This document shows positions 1-13,183 of a stretch of 64,000 nt of DNA, piece after piece. The stretch spans positions 39,866,001 through 39,930,000 of the forward strand of contig OX597830.1 in the NCBI GenBank assembly GCA_951406725.2. The letters run 5' to 3'. Source of the stretch: Octopus vulgaris. Taxonomy: Eukaryota. The position numbers and the translations under genes were made by a program. Below the pieces are notes generated by a model, which saw only the letters and a program-made list of their open reading frames with translations, ran no database searches and was not told where the DNA came from. Within the stretch, counting starts at the first letter, position 1. Every line of letters starts with the position of its first letter.

Positions 1-159
1 CACTTTGAACATCAGTAAGTTGACGTCTGAAAGAAAAATCTCGTAGGCGGGAAGGAAATCCTTAGGGGTGGTTTTCTGAGGTGAGAGGAATGAGGAAAAG
101 AATGCGGTTAATACAGTGCCGTAGGAGGGTTAGCAGACATAACATGGCTGACGATATGT

Positions 160-702
<543 letters not shown>

Positions 703-989
703 ATGGGCGGCGAAATGCTTTTAACCTATTTATTGGCACACACGCAGACACACAAACATGGAAAACTTAATTTTATTATATTAACTACTAGCTTTTGAAT
801 TACGCTCAGGTGGACTTTTCTTTTGACCCTTCCGGAAGTGGTAGATCATTGCTGGATCGATAAAACAACAGCGATCCAATCAATAACTGCAGGTCAATTT
901 TATCAAAGGTAGCCCTCCACCAGTTTTAATGTGGCACTTGGGCCTCTATTGCAAATTCTTATGACAAAACAGTGATGCTGTTTCCTATA

Positions 990-1181
<192 letters not shown>

Positions 1182-1988
1182 AAAAAAAAGGTGATGCCGT
1201 TTTATAAGGGCATTCATCGTCATCGCTTTGGTAGCGTAGTGGTTTAGTCCCAGGTCAGTCAGGACGGAGCTGACCTATGATTAATGCGGTTCGATCCCTC
1301 CTCACCATACTGATTTGTTTTTGTTTGGTATTTTCTCCAAACATTCTGTTATAAGGACTTCATAATGTATTTAATGCATCTTTCCTTTTTTTTTTTTTTT
1401 TTTTTGTTCAAAAGTTTATACTTGATTTTGGAGAGATTATTTAGCTGTTTTTTCTAGCAGGTTGTAGAGGCCACTTATTGAGCAGTGCCTCTGGCTTGTA
1501 ACTATTGCTATTGTTTAGTTCTGCGTCATCTTCCAACCGTGGCCATCAAGTTTAATTCCTTACAGGTAGATTAAATAGAATTACATTATCCAGCGACTCC
1601 TTTCCTAAGATGTTAAGTAGGTTGTTGTTTTCGAAGAAAGCTTCGGTTACGATTATCTCTTCCTTAGCAGACCGAGCGGACAAGTCGGCAGCTTGGGCGA
1701 TTCTTGATAATGCGTAGTAAGGCTATTTAAGACAAATACTCATATATTAAGACCGACAAACGCACAACTAACACACATTGTTGTTAATATACATATATAC
1801 ATACATTGTCGTTTGTGTACTCACCTGTAATATGCTGAAATTTCGATATAAACAACAAAAGTCACCAAATGCACCCACATTACGTAAGACAGCGGCGCAG
1901 GCGCACTGGATACGTGTGTATGTTTGTATGTGTATGGATACATATATATATGTATGTATGTGTATATGTATGTTTGTATTTGTGCATA

Positions 1989-2052
<64 letters not shown>

Positions 2053-2264
2053 TGGTATATACATTATTGTATGAATGTATGCGTACATAGGTAGATAGCT
2101 ATGTATTTTGCTATATGCTATGCACATATGCATCAATATGTATATACGTCATATTGTAAATATGCAATCATGTACGTGTGTGTGTATATATACGCAACAC
2201 ACACACATATACACACACACATACACGCACACACATATGTACTCTTTACTCTTTTCTTTTTTAA

Positions 2265-2472
2265 TCTTTTACTTCTTTCAGTCATTTGACTGCAGCCATG
2301 CTGGAGCAGCGCCTTTAGTCGAGCAACTCGACCCCGGGACTTATTCTTTTGTAAGCCCAGTACTTATTCTATCGGTCTCTTTTGCCGAACCGCAAAGTAA
2401 CGGGGACATAAACACACCAGCATCGGTTGTCAAGCAATGCTAGGGGGACAAACACAAACACACAAACACACA

Positions 2473-2521
<49 letters not shown>

Positions 2522-2685
2522 ACGACGGGCTTCTTTCAGTTTCCGTCTACCAAATCCACTCACAAGGTTTTGGTCGGCCCGATGCTATAGTAGAAGACAA
2601 TTGCCCAAGGTGTCACGCAGTGGGACTGAACCCGGAACCATGTGGTTGGTAAACAAGCTACTTACCACACAGCCACTCCTGCGCC
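2265..2685 (-). mobile_element. SINE family A (tRNA-derived, about 400 bp, internal (TA)n/(TG)n tract), full-length copy
   Basis: On - strand: GGAGTGGCTGTGTGGTAAG (A box), GGTTCAGTCCC (B box), CCTTGGGCAA core, GACGGAAACTGAAAGAAGCCCGTCG, tail GACTGAAA..AGTAAAAGA. More than 10 copies in the window. Confidence 0.9.
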
Positions 2686-2711
2686 TATATATGTATATGT
2701 ATGTATTTTAT

Positions 2712-3052
2712 ATTTTTACTAGTTTCTGTCACTAGACTGTGGTCATGCTGGAGCACCGCCTCGAAAGGTCTAGTCGACCAAATCGACCCCACTACCTTAC
2801 CGTTTCTTTTAAAGCTTGGTAATTAATAGTGTCGGTCTCTCATTGTTGAACCGCTAGGTTGCAGAAGCGTAAACAACCTAAACCCGGTTGTCAAACCCAA
2901 AGACATCCATTTCCGTCTACTAAATCCACTGACAAGGATTTGGTCAACCGATGGCTATAGTAGAAAACATGTGGCCAAGGTACCACAAACAGGGATTGAA
3001 CCCAGAACATTTTGGTTGGGAAGCAAGCTTCTCACCACACAGCTACACCTGC
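2712..3052 (-). mobile_element. SINE family A, diverged copy
   Basis: Degenerate match to the adjacent copy (catgctggagcaccgcc, ttccgtctactaaatccact). Confidence 0.75.
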
Positions 3053-3054
3053 AT

Positions 3055-3500
3055 ATATGAATGTATGTATGCATGCATGCATCCATGTATGCATGTATGC
3101 ATATATGTACGAATGCATGCATGTATGTATGTATGTACGTATGTGTATGTATGTGTGTACGTATGTGTGTGTATGTATGTGTGTATGTATGTGTGTATGC
3201 GTGTATGTGTATGTATGTATGTATGTATTTATGTACGTATACGTGTCTGTATGCATGCTTGTGTGGGTATGTATGTGTGTATGGACGTGTGTGTTTGTAT
3301 GTATGTATGTGTGTATTTATGTATGTTTGTGTGTGTATGTATGTGTGTATGTACGAATGCATGTATGTATATGTGTATTATGCATGTACAAATGCATGTA
3401 TGTATCCATGTGTGTAAGTTTGTATGTGTATGTATATGTACGTACGTACGTACGTATGTATGTACGAATGCATGTATATACGAATGTATGTATGTATGCA
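3055..3500. repeat. Degenerate (TATG/TGTG)n microsatellite
   Basis: Directly visible. Confidence 0.95.
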
Positions 3501-3766
3501 GGGTGTGACATTCGTAGTTTCTTATCTTATTGATGGACGACAGAAAGATAAATAATTGTTTTTGTTTTTAAATGTTATGACTACAAGAAACAACAATACG
3601 AAAGTGTGTGAGCACGTCAGCGTGTGTGCGAGCCTCTATATGTGCGACAGAGCCTGCGCGTGTGTCATCGATGCACACAGGATACTCATTATTAACTTTC
3701 TTTTGTAAATAGTGTCCGTCTGCACTTCAATATAATTCTAAAATCACACACACAAACACACACAAA

Positions 3767-3801
<35 letters not shown>

Positions 3802-4100
3802 ACACACACACACCGATGCCTCGATAAACGAAATTAATATGTTCCGCTTCCTTTCTTTATTATAACCATCGTTATCAGACGACGATAATATATAATTTTT
3901 ATATGCAAACATTAAATTTAAAGAAATAGACACTTATTTTTTTTTAAATTGCTCCTAAAATTGCTTTTTAAAGGGGATGTGTAATTCGATAAAATAAATA
4001 AACGCATATTGAACAGAATGATACATAATTCACACCAAAAAAGTTGTTCACAATTTTAATTCGTATAACAAGATACATAAATCGATAAAATATTAAAACG

Positions 4101-4514
4101 GTAGTAGTGACTGTGTGGTAAGTAGCTTGCTTACAAACCACATGGTTCCGGGTTCAGTCCTACTGCGTGGCACCTTGGGCAAGTGTCTTCTGCTGTAGCC
4201 TCGGGCCGACCAAAGCCTTGTGAATGGACTTGGTAGACAGAAACTGAAAGAAGCATATATATATATATATATTATATATATATATATAATATATATATGT
4301 ATGTATGTGTGTGTGTGTGCGTATGTTTGTTTTTCTGTGTTTGTATCAACCAATGTTGGTGTGTTTACGTTCCAGTAACTGAGCAGTTCAGCAAAAGAGA
4401 CCGATAGAATAAGTACTAGGCTTACAAAGAATAAGTCCTGGGGGCGATTTGCTCGACTAAAGGTGCTGCTCCAGCATGGCCGCAGTCAAATGACTGAAAC
4501 AAGTTAAAAAAGAA
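4101..4514 (+). mobile_element. SINE family A, full-length copy
   Basis: ctgtgtggtaagtagcttgc...ggttcagtcc...caccttgggcaagtgtc...gtcaaatgactgaaacaag. Confidence 0.9.
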
Positions 4515-4964
4515 TATATATATATATATTTGTTATTGGTGTTGTTCTTGTTCTTGTTGTTGGTTGGTTGCAATGGTGTTTTTGTTGATTCTGCGTCCAC
4601 GGTTTGTCCAAAATTGGGATTGTTTTCTAAAATACGCTCTAAAGCATGGCTTATTCTATCAAAGCTTTTTGATCAGAACACTGTTAATTGAGTTGGTTGG
4701 GAAGGAATGTCTTTGCTCTATGAACTAAACGTTTATTCTGTTAATTGTTTAAGGCTCTCGCTAGCACACAATAAATCCTGATTATCTGCACTGACTTCAA
4801 CTCTAACTTCCTGAGCCATATTTGCAAGTCTGTTGCCGAATGAGACCTTGCGGCCTTCCTTCACTGAATTATCACAACATATTTTTCCAAACACTAATGA
4901 GGCTTGTATGTAAACTTCTCATGCATTTTATATTGATTCATTTATTGCTTGCATAGATACATGA

Positions 4965-5347
4965 ATAGTTGGGTTGTTAAATGGTTCGCTTTGGAACCAC
5001 ATGGTTTCAGGGTCGATCCCAGTGCACAACACCCTGGGCTTGTGTCATCTTCTGTAGTCCCGGCCAAAACAATGCCTTATTAGTGAATTTGTTAGAAGAA
5101 ACTGTGTGAAAGTCCGCTGTATTTATATGTATATAGGTGTGTGCGTGTGTCCTACCGTCACCTGACATCCGGTATTGGTTTGATTACTTCCCTGTAACTT
5201 AGCGTTTGATGCAAAAGAGGCCGATAGGATAAGTACCAGACTTTAATAACATAAGTGCTTGGGATGATCTGTTCTATTAAACGTTTCAGGGCAGTGCTCC
5301 AGCGTGGCTGTAGTCCAATGACTGAAACACGTAAAAGATAAAAGATA
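4965..5347 (+). mobile_element. SINE family A, old diverged copy
   Basis: aaccacatggtt...ggtcgatccc...gtgctccagc...atgactgaaacacgtaaaagataaaag. Confidence 0.7.
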
Positions 5348-5968
5348 ATGATATAATATTTCAAGAATTATTTATCAAATGGTGTTCTTTATCAAACTTA
5401 AACTCCTTCAAAGAGAATATTGAAAGTAGAAATAATTCTTTGATCCATTGACTCCATTTTAGTCACAAAATTGTATAAGATTAGATCGATGAAGACCTAT
5501 TCATCAGGCGCGCACGTTTAAAGTGATTCGAAGAAGGAACAAGTACGTTGTCCAAAAGCAGAAGTAAGTTGAGCTCAAAAAACGTTTGGCAATAAGTCAG
5601 AAACATAGTTGGCACATCAACTATTTACTTCCTGAAATAGATTAATTTTGGATCTTAATATCAAATCCGTAAATCCTAATTATTCCGCAACAACAGTTAT
5701 ATTTTCTTCTCCTTGAACTCTGTTGTTAAATCTTTAAGTTGACAATCATCGATATTGTTTTACGACTAACATCCATAATAAAATATTCAAAGAACTGAAT
5801 TAATTTGTTTTAAAAAACATTGTATTTTAAGAATAAGAATTTACGAAATTATTCTTTTCTACTCTAGGTACAAGGCCTGAAAGCTGTTCAACTTCGTTTA
5901 CGCCCTTAGTGCAACATATACTTATCTCCCTTACATGAATTTGAATTCTTAATATATTTTGTTTACAA

Positions 5969-6353
5969 GGCGGCGAGCTGGCAGAAACGTTAGCACACCG
6001 GGCGTATTTCGTCTGCCGTTACGTTCTGAGTTCAAATTCCGCCGAGGTCGACTTTGCCTTTCATCCTTTCGGGGTCGATAAATTAAGTACCAGTTACGCA
6101 CTAGGGTCGATGTAATCGACTTAATCCGTTTGTCTGTCCTTGTTTGTCCCCTCTGTGTTTAGCCCCTTGTGGGTAGTAAAGAAATAGGTATTTCGTCTGT
6201 CGCTAATGTTCTGAGTTCAAACTCCGCCGAGGTCGACTTCGTCTTTCATCCTTTCGGGGTCGATAAGTTAAGTACCAGTTGCGTACTGGGGTCGATCTAA
6301 ACGACTGGCCCCGTCTCCAAAAATTTCGGGCCTTGTGCCTATAGTAGAAAAGT
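5969..6353 (+). mobile_element. SINE family B, dimer-like copy flanked by a perfect 17-bp TSD
   Basis: Head GGCGGCGAGCTGGCAGAA, B box GAGTTCAAATTCC, body GCCTTTCATCCTTTCGGGGTCGATAAATTAAGTACCAG present twice; TSD atatattttgtttacaa at 5952-5968 and 6354-6370. Confidence 0.92.
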
Positions 6354-6491
6354 ATATATTTTGTTTACAATTTAATAACATGCATGTGAAAGTAATTGAC
6401 CGACGTGACGACAGGGAAATTCGATAATTCTATATAAACAATGTATAGGGAAGCAACAGGAAAAAAGCCACTCTTCACATAGTTTTATATA

Positions 6492-6567
<76 letters not shown>

Positions 6568-7169
6568 TGTGTGTAATTTAATGGTCGTGCAATTGTGTAT
6601 TGCCTTGCTCACATGTGACTGTGTAAGCTATCATGCGTTGACATACAAACTACCAAATTGTCCTCTCAGAGGCGTCGTATAGTACGCTGGAACGGTATAC
6701 CTCAGCTGCTATTTCTAAAACTGCAATAATAAGACATCAGAAAGAACTACACAAGTAGATGCCTGTGACACGAGGCACAATTAGGGAGTTTTTTTAATAA
6801 AATTAAAGGATTTCACTAGTTGCCTTTGTTCTCTTTATATAATTATTTGATATCACTGTAGTCACTTCCGGTCAATTTACTTTCATTTGTTTTTAAACCC
6901 CTAAACTGCATATTGACATTTTTAATTTGGTATATTTTATTCAGTTATTTTAGCGTCAAGTTATACGTTATTTATCCACCACACATTCGTAGTTTCTTTT
7001 GCATCTCTTTACTTGACGATTCCCTCCAAATAAATCATATATTAGTTTATGATTAACGCCTTTACACGAACTCTTCTGCTTCTAAAATGGTTTATTTACA
7101 AATTAACCACACGAATATTATACGCAATAATTTCAATAACTTACAAATTTCTTTCCCATTTTCTTGCTT

Positions 7170-7233
7170 TGTTATCGTCATCCTCACCCTCATCTTCATT
7201 ACTATTATTATCATCATTGCTGTTGTTGTTGTA

Positions 7234-7307
<74 letters not shown>

Positions 7308-7363
7308 CATCACCATCATCATCATTGCTGTTGTTGTTGTTATTATTATTATTATTAACATTA

Positions 7364-7410
<47 letters not shown>

Positions 7411-7486
7411 GTCATTATTTCTATTCTTGTTGTTGTTATTATTGTTATCATTATTATTATTATTATTATTATTATTGTTGTTGTTG
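7170..7486. repeat. Compound (ATT/ATC/GTT)n microsatellite
   Basis: Directly visible. Confidence 0.97.
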
Positions 7487-7690
7487 AGGTGGCCAGCTGG
7501 CAAAACCGTTAACATCCCGGGCAAAATGTTTCGTGCCATTTCGTCCATCTTTGCGTTCAAATTCCGTCAAAGTGGACGTTGTCTTTCACCCTCTTGGGGT
7601 CGATAAGTTAAATACCAGCTGAGCACTGGGGTCGATGTAATTGACTACTTCCTTCCCACGAAATTACTGGCCTTGTGCCAAAATTTGAAA
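7486..7690 (+). mobile_element. SINE family B, diverged copy within ATT/GTT microsatellite
   Basis: ggtggccagctggcaaaaccgttaac...ggggtcgataagttaaataccag...ggccttgtgccaaaatttgaaa. Confidence 0.8.
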
Positions 7691-7789
7691 TCATTATCAT
7701 TATTGCTGTTGCTGCTATTGCTCTTGCATTTCACCCGTTTTTACTGGCCATAATGTCTTGGACCCTAATGGCCAATAAATCCTCCCCCC

Positions 7790-7826
<37 letters not shown>

Positions 7827-8217
7827 AATCATTATTGTTGTTGTTCTTCTTATCCGATCAACAGCCAAGACCATATGAAACTCAATTTCTAGCCTTTCTT
7901 TAACGGAAGATTTATATATATATATATATAAAACAATAAAAGTCTTTCAAACAACGATATGAAGCAGCTCCAATGTAAATAATGTAAATAATGTACAAAA
8001 TTTCTCATCTCTAAAACATAGAACAGAACCAAGGATTATGGTTATTATAATTAGATTTATCCTACATTATATTGATTATATTAATGCAACCCCCCAAAAT
8101 TGGCTCCCTGCTCATCATCATTCTACGGATACCGGGATAAGCTTTATATGGATATTCAAAATGTTTCCCATAAACTAATTTAAAAGATATACATATATAC
8201 ATGCATATATATATATA

Positions 8218-8421
8218 TTGGGTCATCCCATAAGTAATGCGGGTCTTTCAATTGCATGAACTAAAATCAGAGGGAGACGGGATAAACTAACTGCATCAAC
8301 TTGCTATAAAAGCAGGTAGTAATTTTGCCTTGTGATTATTCTTAGTGCAAGCTTTGAAGAGTGCAGTTCTTTGAAAAATAAAAGAAGTATAAAAAGCCTT
8401 ATAAATTATGGGATGACCTAA
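8218..8421. mobile_element. Mariner-derived MITE
   Basis: TIRs ttgggtcatcccataa / ttatgggatgacctaa (15 of 16 complementary), flanked by TA on both sides; the left end continues as AAGTAATGCGG, resembling mariner TIRs. Confidence 0.8.
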
Positions 8422-9013
8422 TATATATATATATATATTGTATGCACATGACGTATGTACGATCGTATATAGTATTGGGTACACAGCATAAAGGGTACAG
8501 TGTGACCCAGAGTGAAGAAAAGAGTGAGAGAATGTATTAGCGAAACACAGAAATGCAGATTTGACAATCAGACAAACAAGCAGACGGACGGACGGACGGA
8601 CGGACAGACAGAGAATGGGAGGAAGAGGAAGTGAAGATGAGTGTATTCTAACAAGAGTAATCGACTAACACAATGTCCGATCTTTTTCTTTTCTTTTTTT
8701 TTTCTTTCATGAGTGCATAAGACTGCGTAGCTGCGTGTCTTTACATGCGTCTATGTGTCTATTACACGTGTGTAAATATGTCTGTTTGTGCGGATACACG
8801 CACGTATGTGTGAGTGTATGTATGTATATATATATATGAATATTTGAGTAGTTGAATGAATTATCTTATTAAGGATAATTCGAATTAACCGATACCTGGG
8901 TAGCAAATTCACATCAGAAAAAACACGGTTGAAGTTACGTGCCTAGGGCATAGATTACGTGCTTTCGTGTGGAAATTTTTATGTTTATTTTAAAAAAATA
9001 TAAATATATGAAA

Positions 9014-9104
9014 GAATGGAGCTGAACGACGAATTAACAAAATTCCTTTCGAAACATATGTCGAAAATAAAGGAATTTTGTTAATTCGTCGTTCAGCTCC
9101 ATTC
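9014..9104. repeat. Perfect inverted repeat, 36-bp arms, 19-nt loop containing GAAACATATGTC
   Basis: 9014-9049 is the reverse complement of 9069-9104. Confidence 0.92.
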
Positions 9105-9107
9105 ATA

Positions 9108-9171
<64 letters not shown>

Positions 9172-9239
9172 GGAGTAAACACATAAATGTGAAACAAGGT
9201 GGAAAAAGAGTACTCAAATACCAGTGGTAGAGTAATATG

Positions 9240-9370
9240 CTTTATTTTAAGCAGCAGAAAATTCAACAAAATCTGTTACTCTGAGTTTCTCGTTGCCGTT
9301 CATCTGATGAACGGCAACGAGAAACTCAGAGTAACAGATTTTGTTGAATTTTCTGCTGCTTAAAATAAAG
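9240..9370. repeat. Perfect 131-bp palindrome (65-bp arms, 1-nt centre at 9305) carrying a minimal hammerhead-like core
   Basis: ctttattttaagcagc...gttcatc T gatgaac...gctgcttaaaataaag; reads CTGATGA-acggcaacga-GAAACTCAGAGTA from the centre rightwards. Confidence 0.93.
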
Positions 9371-9502
9371 TATATATATATATATATATATATAAGATAA
9401 AAATTAAATAGAGAGATATAATTTACAATCCAATATGTTCCACACACCCCTCTGAGGGAATTTTTTTCGTTAGTTTGTTAATATATATAAATATATATAT
9501 GT

Positions 9503-9715
9503 TCTTTTATTCTTTTAGTCTTATACTTGTTTCAGTCATTTTGACTGCGGCCATGATGGAGCACCGCCTTTAGTTGAACAAATCGACAACAGGACTTATT
9601 CTTTGTAAACCTAGGACTTATTCTATGAGTCTCTATTGCCGAACTGCTAAGTTACGGGGCCGTAAACATACCAACATCGGTTGTCAAGCGATGTTGCAGG
9701 GGGCAAACACAGCCA
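9503..9715 (-). mobile_element. SINE family A, 3' half
   Basis: acttgtttcagtcattttgactgcggccatg...catcggttgtcaagcg. Confidence 0.8.
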
Positions 9716-9779
9716 CACAAATACATACATACGCACATATATATATGTATATATTTATAAACTTACTGTTAACAAAAGT

Positions 9780-10200
9780 CGGGGTGCGTGGCGTTCAGTC
9801 ACTCAATAAATGAAAATTTGCAAGATTCCTGATGTGAAATCGTGTGTTGAAACAGATATTGTTGTATTTTGCGATGGTGATTTTTATTTCTCTTTATTTA
9901 TTATTATTTTTTTTTTTGCCAAATAAACACACGCACTGTTTGTTGTTCACTCGTTTATTACTGTTCTTATTCTGACTCATGTCCATTGTTCGAAAATCTT
10001 TCGTCACACATCTGTGACCTCTTCAGCGACGCTCTTTGTTTTCGTGTGTGATCTTGCTCTACTTAACTCCATTCTGCTCCAGACCGTACAACACGTTGGA
10101 CAGACGCAGAAGCACCGTAATCCTTCATCAGTTATCGACCAGTGTTTTTCGGTCGACAACTGAAGAATTACCGTCCTTCTATATTTCTCCTACATGTACG
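9780..10200. mobile_element. Penelope-like element terminal-repeat relics with hammerhead-like motifs
   Basis: Minus strand 9990-10027 reads CTGAAGA-G-GTCACA-gatg-TGTGAC-GAAA-gattttc; imperfect hairpin 10108-10180 has CTGATGA/CTGAAGA on opposite strands. Family assignment is inferred. Confidence 0.5.
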
Positions 10201-10286
10201 TTTTGTAGCATTTGATGCATTTTTCATTTATATATACATATAATATCTATGCACAGACACACACACGTATGTATATAGATATATGT

Positions 10287-10806
<520 letters not shown>

Positions 10807-10814
10807 TATATCTA

Positions 10815-11214
10815 TTTTACTCTTTTACTTGTTTCAGTCATTTGACTGCGGCCATGCTGGAGCACCGCCTTTTAATCGAGCAAATCGACCCTGGGACTTA
10901 TTCTTTTGTAAGCCCAGTACTTATTCTATCGGTCTCTTTTTGCCGAACCGCTAAGTAACGGGGACATAAACACACCAGCATTGGTTGTCAAGCAATGCTA
11001 GGGGGACAAACACAGACACACAAACACACGCACGCATATATATATATGTACATATATACGACGGGCTCCTTTCAGTTTCCGTCTACCAAATCCACTCACA
11101 AGGCTTTGGTCGGCCCGAGGCTATAGTAGAAGACACTTGCCCAAGGTGCCACGCAGTGGGACTGAACCCGGAACCATGTGGTTGGCAAACAAGCTACTTA
11201 CCACACAGCCACTC
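10815..11214 (-). mobile_element. SINE family A, full-length copy, tail-to-tail with the previous one
   Basis: ttttacttgtttcagtcatttgactgcggcc...cttaccacacagccactc. Confidence 0.92.
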
Positions 11215-12225
11215 AAATATATATATATATATTTGAAGAAAAGCATTTAGAATTGGGTTATCGTGTTTCCGTGTAGGGAGTGCAAATACACTGGAAGAGA
11301 TAAGACAGAAAGAACAAAAAAAACTTTCGAAAATGCAATCAAAAATTCTTATCTTTTTACAATAACATGGGACTTCTTGCACGGAACGTGCAATGCCCAA
11401 GTAATCAGGCGCCTTAGTATAATTCGGAATTTTTTAGGGAAAGTTAACAGCAATATTCTCCACATGCTTTTCTCGTTTTAATTTTATTTTGCTTTCGTAC
11501 TTGGAGATGTGCCGGGGTGGTGAGAGATGTTTATGTCATACGTTGTTTTCAATTTGTTTGGCGTGTGTGTTTTGTTTGTTAAAGACAAACGACCTACACT
11601 TCGAGAATTTCTTTGTTCTTATATTTACATATATTTTTAAAAGAGTCAATTTAGTTCCCATTATTTCATTGTATTTCGATCTTTCAGTCTGCCTTCACTT
11701 CTCACACTTTTTCATTTTTCCTCAATTCTCTTTTGCTCTTTCTTTCTCTCGTTTCTTCTCTTCCTTTCACCATTTCCCAAGCCCTCCCTCTCTCTCACCC
11801 CCTCTCTCTCTCTATTCCTTTCTCTCCCCTCTCTCTCTCTCTCTCTCCCTTTCTTACTATCATTTACAACCTCTCCTATATCTGTCTCTCTTTTCTCTCC
11901 TCTTTCTCCCTCTTTCTTCCCCCACCTCTCCCTCCTTCGTCTCCTCCTTCTCCTCCACTCCCTTCTCTTCTCATTCCAGTAGAAAATGTGATCTCTCACC
12001 GGTGACGTACACTGTCACCTAATGGATGAATGCTTATGGGGCTTTCCTCATGTGGGCGATCAGTCTAACAAAACATATTATCGTTGCCAGAGAAGGTGAG
12101 AGAATTAAAGATGGGTGGGGAGCAAGACACAAACAAACACAAAAATCAAAAAAGAAAATCAAATGTATACATACATAACTGTGTCTGTGTTTGTGTGTGT
12201 TCATATAAAAGAATAAAAGAACATA

Positions 12226-12262
<37 letters not shown>

Positions 12263-12943
12263 TAACACACACATACGAACATTTATGTTTTATGTATGTA
12301 TAAATAATTATGTGCGTATATCCCATACCATGACTTATCAAAATTCATGTCATCAACTCATTTGAGTTACGTCCCTTAAATCATTTTTTTTTAAAATTAT
12401 GCAAATTTTATTACTTCAAAAGTTACGCTTTTTGTATACAAAATCATTTATGTGTGTGTGTGTGTGTGTGTGTCTATAATTGGTTGGCTCCCATATGGTA
12501 TCTCCATATACAGATGATTTGTTTATAGTGATCAAAAGTTTGTGTTCCACATTAACTCACTCCCTCCATTAAATCGTCTTTGTCTGTTGCACCTCAGATG
12601 TCGAAACGCTCGCAAAGCAACGGGCAAATTAATTGTTTTGCTCAAAAACGCAACGCGCCACCCCAGTCCGAGAATCGAGACCTCGATCTACCGATCGTGA
12701 GTCCTACATTCTAACCATTTGGCCAAGCACCTTCACGCACACACACATACAGATACATATGTATGCATATATAATTATACCAGCTGAGCAAGAAGACTTC
12801 AGCAGTCTACTCCTCGGCTAACGAAGTCTTGAAGCTGAACCATGCCCAGTTTACTGCAAACACCAGACAAGGTGATTTAAAAGAGCCATACTGATACAAA
12901 TGGATTCCTTCGTGGAGAAGTGCAACAGAAGCAACCATGTCAA

Positions 12944-13183
12944 AGGTAGCGAGCTAGCAGAAACGCTAACACGCCGGGCGAAATGCTTAGCGGTATTTCG
13001 TCTGCCGCTACGTTCTGAGTTCAAATTCTGCCGAGGTCGACTTTGCCTTTCATCCTTTCGGGATGGATAAATTAAGTACCAGTTATGCCCTGGGATCGAT
13101 CTTATCGATTTTACCCCTTTGTCTGTCCTTGTTTGTCCCTCTCTATGTTTAGCCCCTTGTGGACAGTAAAGAAATAAGAAATA
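12944..13183 (+). mobile_element. SINE family B with 17-bp TSD (1 mismatch)
   Basis: TSD agaagcaaccat(g/c)tcaa at 12927-12943 and 13184-13200. Confidence 0.9.

Noticed and set aside
2437-2652. Recurrent peptide [19 protein letters not shown]...[16 protein letters not shown] in several ORFs, resembling a gene family
   Set aside because: It is the antisense translation of SINE family A, not a protein-coding repeat.
4101-4180. tRNA genes suggested by A/B-box motifs (also at 13708, 29418 and others)
   Set aside because: These are tRNA-derived SINE heads continuing into SINE bodies; no complete cloverleaf was seen.
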